DNA from: Patescibacteria group bacterium
GTDB taxonomy: Bacteria; Patescibacteriota; Minisyncoccia; Moranbacterales; UBA1568
Direction of reading: 5' to 3'
Assembly: GCA_030916545.1 (NCBI GenBank)
Contig: JAUPWI010000033.1
Span: forward strand, 1-32,352
Length of the DNA: 32,352 bases
In this document: positions 1 through 8,244 of the stretch, piece after piece
Layout: each line of letters starts with the position of its first letter
Position numbering within the stretch: position 1 is the stretch's first letter
The notes under the pieces: generated by a model
What the model saw: only the letters and a program-made list of their open reading frames with translations
Database searches by the model: none
Told to the model about the DNA's origin: nothing
Position numbers and translations under genes: made by a program

Positions 1-435
1 AATGCCGGTATTAGCGGCGAGACTACCGCTGGTCTTTTAGAGAGAGCGGAATTTATCTCTCAGCAGAAGCCGGATCTATTGCTTATCAGTACCGGAGGGA
101 ATGATTTTTTCCGTAACCTTCCTATAGAAAGTACCCGGGAAAATATAGAGAGATCTATCGAAATATTCAAGCAGACAATAAAAGCCGAAAATATTTATCT
201 CTTGAAAATAGAAGCCACTGCGAATTTGGGCTTGAAGTATCGTGGTGAATTCAATGCAATTTATAAGGAGATAGCCGACAAACAAAAAATCAATTTGTTG
301 CCGTTTGTGGTGAGCGAAGTATTTCTGGACTCTCGTAAAATGTTGCCTGATGCGATACATCCCAATAGGGACGGGTATGAGTTTATTGTCGATACATATA
401 TCTTTCCGGAGATGAGTAAAAAAATAAGCCGATAG
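1..435 (+). CDS. SGNH/GDSL-family esterase (arylesterase/TesA-like), 5'-truncated
   Basis: Frame 1 is open from base 1: NAGISGETTAG (block II), STGGND (block III), DAIHPN (block V, DxxH). Stop TAG at 433-435. Confidence 0.85.
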   Translation, partial: NAGISGETTAGLLERAEFISQQKPDLLLISTGGNDFFRNLPIESTRENIERSIEIFKQTIKAENIYLLKIEATANLGLKYRGEFNAIYKEIADKQKINLLPFVVSEVFLDSRKMLPDAIHPNRDGYEFIVDTYIFPEMSKKISR

Positions 436-481
436 GGAAGACCGAAGTCAGTCGCGGTCTGATTAAAAGAGTTGCCTTATT

Positions 482-1285
482 ATGAACCAAAATACGTCTA
501 TGAAACAAGGAATTATCCGGCTCGTTGAATCAAAAGGATTCGAATGGAGTATCGTTGCGGTTATCGTTGTTAACGCGATAACACTCGGGCTTGAGATAAC
601 ACCGGGCGCGGATTCTCTGCTGCCACTTCTCTCGGTAATTGATAAAATGGCTTTTACTGTCTTCGTGGCGGAACTCGGGCTCAAGCTGTACGCGTATAGA
701 AGGGCGTATTTTAGAGAAGGGTGGAATATTTTTGACTTCACCATTGTGGTGTTGACGGCTCTACCGTATCTCGACATAGTCGGTCTGGGTAATCTCACCA
801 TACTGCGTGCCCTTCGTATCTTGCGTGCCCTCCGACTCATAACGGTTGTGCCAGCATTTCGTCAGGTCATTGGCACGCTTGGGCGCTCTTTCTCGGGAGT
901 GGGTGCCGTAGGAGCTGTGCTTTTTGTAGCGATGTATGTGTCGAGCGTACTTGCCGCAAAGCTGTTTGGAGGGGTTGCGCCCGAGAATTTTGGCACCCTT
1001 GCCGCTTCGTTGCTTTCGATGTTTACTGTCATGACCATGGAAGGGTGGAGGGAGATTGTGGATCCGATCGCTGCGCAGATGCCTTTCGTATATCCATTTT
1101 TCATCCTCTACATTCTCGGTTGCGCCTTCGTACTCTTCAATCTGCTTATCACCGTGCTGGTATCGGCTTCAGAAAAACAGCAACAAGAAGAGCGTCTTCA
1201 TGATGAAGCCGAAACGAGAGCAATCGAAGCCAAGATAGATGAACTCCAAAACACGCTGAATAACTATCTGTCGAAGAAGGGCTGA
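482..1285 (+). CDS. Voltage-gated cation channel (BacNav-like ion transporter)
   Basis: Six hydrophobic segments, WNIFDF in S3, S4 voltage sensor LRALRILRALRL, pore filter TMEGW, S6 FNLLI, C-terminal coiled coil IEAKIDELQNTL. Confidence 0.92.
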   Translation: MNQNTSMKQGIIRLVESKGFEWSIVAVIVVNAITLGLEITPGADSLLPLLSVIDKMAFTVFVAELGLKLYAYRRAYFREGWNIFDFTIVVLTALPYLDIVGLGNLTILRALRILRALRLITVVPAFRQVIGTLGRSFSGVGAVGAVLFVAMYVSSVLAAKLFGGVAPENFGTLAASLLSMFTVMTMEGWREIVDPIAAQMPFVYPFFILYILGCAFVLFNLLITVLVSASEKQQQEERLHDEAETRAIEAKIDELQNTLNNYLSKKG

Positions 1286-1505
1286 GGAAGCGGCAGCAGC
1301 GTGCCAATACGTAACCGGCTCGACGCATCTGTATTCAAGCTACGGCCGGGAAAATATTCGGCAACAAAAAAGAAAGGTTCAAAGCCCGACCACCTTTGAC
1401 TCGTCTTTGAAAAGTATCCGGAGGCATTGTGGTTTTTGGCATGGATGGAATGGGGGAGCCGGGCCTTTCGGAGAGGAGTTTTCTGAAAGGGTGCGGGGTG
1501 TTACT

Positions 1506-3380
1506 ATGAGGAATATGCAAAAAAGACCATCAGAATCGCTTCTCGGCGCTATTAAAGTATCGGTAGATGTGAGTGTATTGTCGCACGATCAACTTGGGGA
1601 GCTCTGTCAGGAGTTGCGACATTTTCTGATTGATACGGTCTCACGAGTGGGAGGACACTTCGGTTCGAATCTCGGCGTTGTTGAACTGACGGTCGCATTG
1701 CATCATGTGTATGATGCGAAAAAAGATAGGATCATTTGGGATGTCGGTCATCAGGCGTACGCGCATAAGGTGTTGACTGGGAGAGGAGGACAGTTGCACA
1801 CGATCCGGAAGAAGGGTGGACTCGCACCGTTTCCCAAGAGACACGAAAGCGAAAGTGATGCGTTTGGTGTGGGGCATGCGTCGACTTCCATCAGTGCCGG
1901 AGTTGGGATGACTCTGGCGCATCGGGATAAGGTCGGAGCACCACATGTGATCGCGATTATCGGAGACGGATCGCTGACCGGTGGTATGGCATTTGAAGCG
2001 TTGAATCATGCGGGTGATGTGGAAGCGGATATGCTCGTCATCGTCAATGACAACAAGATGTCCATTTCCCCGAATGTGGGCGCGATGACTCGCTATTTGA
2101 CTCGTCTGATTTCATCATCTGAATATTTGCATGCTCGGGAGACAGGGGGAAAACTTTTGGAAAGCATTCCGGCGCTCAAAGAAGTGGCCAGGCGCGTTGA
2201 GAAGCACGCCAAGGGAATGGTGACGCCAAGTACTATTTTTGAAGAAATGGGATTCCAGTATTTTGGTCCTGTGGATGGACACGATGTCTCCGCTCTTGTC
2301 GAACTTCTCAACAATTTGAAAAAGATAAAGGGTCCGCGGCTTCTGCATGTGGTGACAAAGAAAGGGAAAGGGTGTGTCCATGCTGAAAACGATCCGTTGG
2401 CACTGCATGCAGTCGCTTCGTTTGATAAGCTGACGGGGAAAAAGTGTGGAGAGAAGGAGATAGATAAGACGTTCACGTCATTTTTTTCCTCGTGGGTTGT
2501 TGCGAAAGCGAAAACGGATGAGCGTCTGCACGTCGTGACCCCGGCGATGCGGGAGGGTTCCGGTTTGGTGGAATTCAGTGCTTTGTATCCGACGCGATTT
2601 CATGATGTGGGAATCGCTGAACAGCATGCCGTGACTTTTGCGGCTGGTTTGGCGTGTGAGGGAAAGAAGCCAGTCGTCGCCATATATTCCACGTTTCTTC
2701 AGCGTGCGTATGATCAGTTGATTCATGATGTAGCGATACAGAATCTCGATGTACTGTTTGCCATCGATCGCGCCGGCATGGTCGGTCCTGACGGAGAAAC
2801 ACACGCTGGGTCTTTTGATCTTTCTTTTCTCCGGTGTATTCCGAATATGGTTATTCTGGCGCCGTCTGATGGAGATGAATGTGAGAGAATGCTCGATTTT
2901 GGTTTCGAGTATAGCGGACCTGTCGCCGTGCGCTATCCGAGGGCATGCGCGGTTACGGGAGAGGGTGCGAATGGGGACGAAAAGGCAATCGAAATGGGAA
3001 AGGCTCTCATGGTACGGAAAGGCACTCGGGTCGCAATACTTTCATTTGGAGCTCTCCTTGATCGGTGTCGTGACGTCGCGAATGCTCTCGACGCTACACT
3101 TGTCGATATGCGTTTCGTGAAACCGATTGACTATGCGATGGTGGAAGAGCTGGCAAAAACGCATGGGCAATTTATAACAGTCGAGGAAAATGTCGTGGCC
3201 GGTGGGGCGGGGAGCGCGGTAAATGAATACCTTTCCGCGAAGAACATTGCTGTCAGCGTGAAAAACATCGGACTCCCGGATCGCTTTCTCTCCCATGGAA
3301 CGCGCGATGAGGTGCTAGCGAGCGCGTGTCTGGACGCCGACGGTATCGAGCGGCAGATACGCGAATTTCTCAAACAATGA
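1506..3380 (+). CDS. dxs: 1-deoxy-D-xylulose-5-phosphate synthase
   Basis: DVGHQAY, TPP-binding GDGSLTGGMAFEALNHAG...NDN, DVGIAEQHAVT, YSTFLQRAYDQ and DRAG motifs. Start is more likely ATG 1506 or 1515 than the ORF-track TTG at 1407. Confidence 0.95.
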   Translation: MRNMQKRPSESLLGAIKVSVDVSVLSHDQLGELCQELRHFLIDTVSRVGGHFGSNLGVVELTVALHHVYDAKKDRIIWDVGHQAYAHKVLTGRGGQLHTIRKKGGLAPFPKRHESESDAFGVGHASTSISAGVGMTLAHRDKVGAPHVIAIIGDGSLTGGMAFEALNHAGDVEADMLVIVNDNKMSISPNVGAMTRYLTRLISSSEYLHARETGGKLLESIPALKEVARRVEKHAKGMVTPSTIFEEMGFQYFGPVDGHDVSALVELLNNLKKIKGPRLLHVVTKKGKGCVHAENDPLALHAVASFDKLTGKKCGEKEIDKTFTSFFSSWVVAKAKTDERLHVVTPAMREGSGLVEFSALYPTRFHDVGIAEQHAVTFAAGLACEGKKPVVAIYSTFLQRAYDQLIHDVAIQNLDVLFAIDRAGMVGPDGETHAGSFDLSFLRCIPNMVILAPSDGDECERMLDFGFEYSGPVAVRYPRACAVTGEGANGDEKAIEMGKALMVRKGTRVAILSFGALLDRCRDVANALDATLVDMRFVKPIDYAMVEELAKTHGQFITVEENVVAGGAGSAVNEYLSAKNIAVSVKNIGLPDRFLSHGTRDEVLASACLDADGIERQIREFLKQ

Positions 3381-3942
3381 CTCCCCAGGCCGTCGCGTGG
3401 GGCAGACGTTCTCTTCTCGTCAGCGTGAGCTGATAGGTGCCGAATACCGCCGAGACGATGATGATCATGATCTTCGCGACGACCCAGTCTTCGGGAGAGA
3501 GGTTGAGCCGGACCCATTCGTTAATCAGGGCGAGAATGAGGAAGAAGATTCCCCAGCGCAGGCTGAGCGTGCTCCATCCCCGATCGGTAATGGCGAAGAC
3601 GTTGCTGAAGATATATTTGAAGAGCGGTTTTCCTCGCCAGACTGAAACGAGGAGGGCTGAGCCGAAAATGCCGTCGAAGAGGGTGTCCCTCAGGATGAAG
3701 ATGCCCGGGATGCTGATGAAGAGCGAGGTGCCGCCGAAGAGAAGTACCGAGCCGGAGGAGAGCAGGGCGAAGATCGGCGTATGTTTCTCGAGATGCCGGA
3801 GGACTATCAGGGATATGACTGTCGCTATCATCATGACGATCACCCCGGCCATAAAGTTCCCGCTGAGCTCGAAAGCCACCAGAAAGCCGAGAATGGGCCC
3901 GAATTCGCAGAGCGTATTGACGAACAATCTTTTGCTAATCAT
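3370..3942 (-). CDS. yciB: Inner membrane protein YciB (septation protein A/IspZ family)
   Basis: EFGPILGF N-terminus, GWSTLSLRWGIFF and ALINEWVR motifs, about 5 TM segments. ATG at 3942; the longer ORF-track extension overlaps the divergent gene. Confidence 0.8.
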   Translation of the reverse strand: MISKRLFVNTLCEFGPILGFLVAFELSGNFMAGVIVMMIATVISLIVLRHLEKHTPIFALLSSGSVLLFGGTSLFISIPGIFILRDTLFDGIFGSALLVSVWRGKPLFKYIFSNVFAITDRGWSTLSLRWGIFFLILALINEWVRLNLSPEDWVVAKIMIIIVSAVFGTYQLTLTRRERLPHATAWGVIV

Positions 3943-4021
3943 ATGCGTACGATAGCATGTCGTGGTACTGTATTGAAACAGGGTGGCGTGCCATCCAGGT
4001 AATCTCTTCAGGCTGTCGAGT

Positions 4022-4777
4022 ATGTGGATGAAATTGTCCGTGGGAGTCGCGTATATTGCTATGGTCGGCGTCAATTTTCTGGCCAACGGGCTGCCGATCA
4101 ATGATCGTTCTACCGGAGCGATATCGGACGCGTATCCCAATCTTTTCGCGCCGGCCGGGGTGACGTTTTCCATCTGGGGACTTATATATCTCTTGTTGGC
4201 CGGGTATGTAGTGTATCAGTTCGGGAAAGGCAGTCGGGGGACGAAAGAAATATTCGATCGAATCAATCCTCTCTTTCTCGCTACTTCCCTTGCGAATATT
4301 TCATGGATCTTCGCCTGGCATTACGACTATATCGGTTTGTCGGTGATCATCATGGCGGTATTGCTCGCGCTTCTCGTGAGAATCGCCGATATCCTTCGTG
4401 CGGAGCGGTTCACTCCCGCGAAAAAATTACTGATCCGGACTCCTTTCAGTGTGTACTTCGGTTGGATCACTGTCGCGGCGATCGCCAACGTGACGGTATT
4501 TCTGGTGAGCATCGGCTGGAACGGATTCGGCATAGCTGATTCCATCTGGACGAGTGTTATCCTGTTGGTCGGGGCACTGATTGGGGTCTTGCGGATGCGT
4601 AAGGATAGGAATATCGCTTATGGTCTGGTGCTCGTCTGGGCATATCTCGGAATATTGCTCAAGCATGTTTCAGCGGAGGGTTTCGATGGGCGCTACCCGA
4701 GCATCATCGCCACCGTTCTCGTCTGTCTCGTATCGTTCATCGTTTTTCTTTGGAAAATTTTTTATCAGAATAAGTAA
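4022..4777 (+). CDS. TspO/MBR-like tryptophan-rich sensory membrane protein
   Basis: VNFLANGLPIN...FAPAGVTFSIWGLIYLLL, NISWIFAWH and SVYFGWITVA motifs; many TM helices. Start uncertain (3983, 4022 or 4028). Confidence 0.65.
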   Translation: MWMKLSVGVAYIAMVGVNFLANGLPINDRSTGAISDAYPNLFAPAGVTFSIWGLIYLLLAGYVVYQFGKGSRGTKEIFDRINPLFLATSLANISWIFAWHYDYIGLSVIIMAVLLALLVRIADILRAERFTPAKKLLIRTPFSVYFGWITVAAIANVTVFLVSIGWNGFGIADSIWTSVILLVGALIGVLRMRKDRNIAYGLVLVWAYLGILLKHVSAEGFDGRYPSIIATVLVCLVSFIVFLWKIFYQNK

Positions 4778-4786
4778 AGAAAGAGT

Positions 4787-5185
4787 ATGTTTATTAAACT
4801 CTACGCGATCGCCCTCCCGGTTTTCTTCGCTATCGATATGGTCTGGCTCGGGCTCGTGGCGAAGGATTTCTACCGGGGCCAGATCGGTTCGTTGATGAAG
4901 AGTGATATCAATTGGACGGCCGCAATTATCTTCTATCTGCTTTTCATCGTCGGGCTCGTGGTATTTGTCATCACGCCGGCGGTCGAGAAAGGTTCATGGA
5001 CATATGCACTCGTGTTCGGGGCGTTTTTCGGACTGATCACCTACGCGACGTATGATCTCACGAATCTCGCCACGCTCAAGGATTGGCCGATCCTGGTGAC
5101 GCTGGTGGATCTGGCGTGGGGCGCGGTGCTCGCGGCCTCGGTATCGGTCGTCACCTATCTTATCGCCGGCAAGATCGGAGTATGA
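4787..5185 (+). CDS. DUF2177 family membrane protein
   Basis: IDMVWLG...FY and YATYDLTNLATLKDW...DLAWG family motifs. Confidence 0.88.
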   Translation: MFIKLYAIALPVFFAIDMVWLGLVAKDFYRGQIGSLMKSDINWTAAIIFYLLFIVGLVVFVITPAVEKGSWTYALVFGAFFGLITYATYDLTNLATLKDWPILVTLVDLAWGAVLAASVSVVTYLIAGKIGV

Positions 5186-5961
5186 ATGACTATCTGATAC
5201 TCGCTCTCATACTGTTCGTGTACATGAGCCTCTGGTTCATCGTCTCCCTTCTCAAGAGGAGGAATGATGTGGCTGATGTGGCATGGGGCTTGGGGTTCGT
5301 GCTTCTCGCGTGGAGCGCGTTCGTGCTTTCGGACGGGCCGGGCGTGCGTGGGTTGCTCGTCAATGTCTTGGTCAGTATCTGGGGCGTGCGTCTGGCGTGG
5401 CATATCCATTCGCGGAACAGGGGTCGGATGGAAGACTATCGTTATCTCGCGTGGCGCACGGAGTGGGGGAAATGGTTTTACGTCCGTTCGTACGCACAGG
5501 TATATCTGTTGCAGGGATTCTTGCTTTTTCTTGTCGTCTCGCCGGTGCTCCTGATTAATGGGAGTGTGGCGATGGGGCTCGGTATGCTCGATGCGCTCGG
5601 CATGGCTGTCTGGCTTGTCGGTTTTTCATTCGAGGCGGTGGGTGATGCGCAACTCGCTCGGTTCATCAAGGACCCCACAAACAAGGGTAAGCTGATGCAG
5701 GGTGGACTGTGGGCATACACTCGTCATCCGAATTATTTCGGCGAAGTGGCACAGTGGTGGGGACTGTGGCTGGTCGCGCTTTCCGTGCCGGGTGGCTGGC
5801 TTGGTATCATCGGTCCGGTGACGATCACTTTTCTCATCCTGAAAGTTTCCGGCGTTCCGATGCTTGAGCGGAAGATGCGGGAGCATCCGGAATTCGCAGC
5901 ATATGAGCGGAGGGTGAGCATGTTTATCCCTCTACCCCCACGCAACATTTCTGAAACGTGA
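5182..5961 (+). CDS. DUF1295 family protein (steroid 5-alpha-reductase-like membrane enzyme)
   Basis: ADVAWG, WGVRL, EDYRY, EAVGDAQL and GLWAYTRHPNYFGE motifs. ATGA start/stop overlap with the DUF2177 gene at 5182-5185. Confidence 0.9.
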   Translation: MNDYLILALILFVYMSLWFIVSLLKRRNDVADVAWGLGFVLLAWSAFVLSDGPGVRGLLVNVLVSIWGVRLAWHIHSRNRGRMEDYRYLAWRTEWGKWFYVRSYAQVYLLQGFLLFLVVSPVLLINGSVAMGLGMLDALGMAVWLVGFSFEAVGDAQLARFIKDPTNKGKLMQGGLWAYTRHPNYFGEVAQWWGLWLVALSVPGGWLGIIGPVTITFLILKVSGVPMLERKMREHPEFAAYERRVSMFIPLPPRNISET

Positions 5962-6102
5962 AAATTCATGGAGATGTGCATATATCGTTGGGCACCTCCC
6001 GCTTGTTTTTGGGTGGAAAAAATGGGATAGTTGACCTTGGAGTTTCATGGTTAAGTGTTTGAGCGCGCGAAGAGAAGCCTTTTTGAGGGATATGATTGAT
6101 GT

Positions 6103-8139
6103 ATGCAACCACCGATTGCCAAAAAAATTCTTCACGTGACCGAGATTCATGGCTATCGAGAAATCGATGAGTATGCCTGGTTGGCCGACCGGACAAAAAC
6201 CAATCAGGCGGTGCTCGATTATTTGATTAGTGAGAATCTCTATACCGATGAAGCAACACGAGAGAGTGCCGGACTGCAGGAAAACTTGTATCAGGAAATG
6301 CGTTCGAGAATTCAAGAGGAAGATAAGGGCGTCCCCTATCGTGCTGGGGATTTTTTCTATTACACACGTACGGAAACTAACAAACAGTATGCAATATATT
6401 GTCGGAAACATAGAAGCACCGAATCGACTGAGGAGGTTGTGCTTGATCTCAATGAACTCGCTTTGGGACATCAGTTTTTTGATCTTGGCACGTATGAAGT
6501 AAGTGATGATGGTTGCTGGCTTGCGTATACGACCGATGTATTGGGATTCCGTCAGTACGGTTTACATATTAAGGATTTACGGACTGGGGAGACACGCTCA
6601 TCAGTAGCTGAGCGAGTCACTTCCGTTGTGTGGGCGGCTGATAGCGAAACACTTTTTTTCACCGAGGAAGATGAATTAACGAAGCGCTCAGATCGTTTTT
6701 TCCGCATGCGGCGTGATGGTGGTTCCCGCGAACTTCTCTTTGAAGAGCGAGACGATCGTTACGATATATACTGCGAGAGAACGCGCAGCTTGTCATATAT
6801 TTTTTTGATTTCACAAAGCTCGACTACGACGGAAACGTGGTATATCGAAGCGACCCATCCTGAAGACGTGTTGCATTCGGTGTATGTTCGAGAGGAAGGA
6901 CGGAAATATTTTTGCGATCATTCCGGTGACCATTTCCTCATTCGTATCAATGACACCGGTAAAAATTTTCGTCTTATATCAACCCCAGTTTGCAATGTCG
7001 GCCTGGCAGAAAAGGAAGAAATTGTTGCTCACCGTGAGGAGACGATGATGGAAGATGTTCTCTGTTTCGAACGTCATTTTGTTGTTGTCCGACGCCAGAA
7101 CGGTCTGACCGAATTGACGATTTTTGACTCATCGCGGAATCAGCGGACCATTTTGTTTCCGGAATCAGCGTATGAAGTTTCCTTGATAGATAACTGGTTT
7201 TTCGAAGCCAAATTCGTTCGTTTGAGGTATGAATCGCTTGTGACACCACCGTCCATCTTTGATTATGATATGGAAACAGGCGAACGTGTTTTGAAAAAGC
7301 AAAGAGTGGTTCTCGGGTACGACCAGAGTCAGTACTTTTCGGAGCGAATTTTCGTTGAGGCATCGGATGGTGCGCGAGTTCCGATTTCGCTGGTCTCAAA
7401 AAAAGGATATGCGTCAGACATTCCCCGGCCGATGTTGCTTGATGGGTATGGGTCATACGGTCTTTCTAATGGAGTCTTTTTTTCTTCAGATCGACTCAGT
7501 CTCTTGGACCGAGGAGTGATTTTCGGAATTGCGCATATTCGCGGTGGTGGTGAGATGGGTGAGGCATGGCATGAACAGGGGAAAATGATGCATAAAAAGA
7601 ATACGTTCACGGATTTTATTTCGTGTGCCCTCTATCTGGTACAGGAAGGGTATACGACCACTGATCAGATGGCTATTACCGGAATGAGTGCTGGCGGATT
7701 ACTTATGGGTGCAGTAGCCAATATGCGTCCTGATATCTGTCGAGCGATAGTCTCCAAGGTACCTTTCGTCGATGTCATAAACACGATGCTTGATGCGACG
7801 CTTCCGTTGACGACGGGCGAATATCTCGAATGGGGAAATCCGCATGAGCGCGAGGCATACGAATATATGCAGAGCTATTCTCCTTACGATAACATCGCGG
7901 CGAAGCAGTATCCGGCTATGCTCATTCTTACTTCATTGCACGATAGCCAGGTGATGTATTGGGAGCCGGTTAAATATGTCGCGAAGTTACGCGCTCTGAA
8001 GACGGATAACCGTCCTTTGCTTCTTCGGACCAAGCTCGAGCCGGCGGGCCATGGAGGGGCTTCGGGACGATTTGATCAGTTGCGGGATACGGCCTTCGAG
8101 TATGCTTTTATTCTCACACAAGTCGATCAAAGACACTGA
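6103..8139 (+). CDS. ptrB: Oligopeptidase B (S9A prolyl oligopeptidase family)
   Basis: GYGSYG, HIRGGGEMGEAW, KKNTFTDF, catalytic Ser GMSAGG, Asp HDSQV, His AGHGG. Confidence 0.93.
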   Translation: MQPPIAKKILHVTEIHGYREIDEYAWLADRTKTNQAVLDYLISENLYTDEATRESAGLQENLYQEMRSRIQEEDKGVPYRAGDFFYYTRTETNKQYAIYCRKHRSTESTEEVVLDLNELALGHQFFDLGTYEVSDDGCWLAYTTDVLGFRQYGLHIKDLRTGETRSSVAERVTSVVWAADSETLFFTEEDELTKRSDRFFRMRRDGGSRELLFEERDDRYDIYCERTRSLSYIFLISQSSTTTETWYIEATHPEDVLHSVYVREEGRKYFCDHSGDHFLIRINDTGKNFRLISTPVCNVGLAEKEEIVAHREETMMEDVLCFERHFVVVRRQNGLTELTIFDSSRNQRTILFPESAYEVSLIDNWFFEAKFVRLRYESLVTPPSIFDYDMETGERVLKKQRVVLGYDQSQYFSERIFVEASDGARVPISLVSKKGYASDIPRPMLLDGYGSYGLSNGVFFSSDRLSLLDRGVIFGIAHIRGGGEMGEAWHEQGKMMHKKNTFTDFISCALYLVQEGYTTTDQMAITGMSAGGLLMGAVANMRPDICRAIVSKVPFVDVINTMLDATLPLTTGEYLEWGNPHEREAYEYMQSYSPYDNIAAKQYPAMLILTSLHDSQVMYWEPVKYVAKLRALKTDNRPLLLRTKLEPAGHGGASGRFDQLRDTAFEYAFILTQVDQRH

Positions 8140-8244
8140 TACGAAGCGAATGATATTTTTTTTCGAGGTTAGTCTATTTGGAATGACTCGTAGTTATTCG
8201 TGGTAAAATAAATATTAGTTTAATGGGATGGTATTTTAACGTAC

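Noticed and set aside
436-1400. Integron cassette array (attC sites) around the accessory genes
   Set aside because: No paired RYYYAAC/GTTRRRY ends in the spacers, and the recombinase lacks the IntI-specific insertion.
1440-1500. TPP riboswitch upstream of dxs
   Set aside because: A hairpin exists (CCTTTCGGA/TCTGAAAGG), but the CTGAGA and ACCTG core motifs are absent.
3943-4173. N-terminal extension of yciB in the ORF track (likewise the 1407, 5083, 20414 and 23075 starts)
   Set aside because: The extensions overlap neighbouring genes or promoters; family similarity and RBS/promoter positions support the downstream starts.
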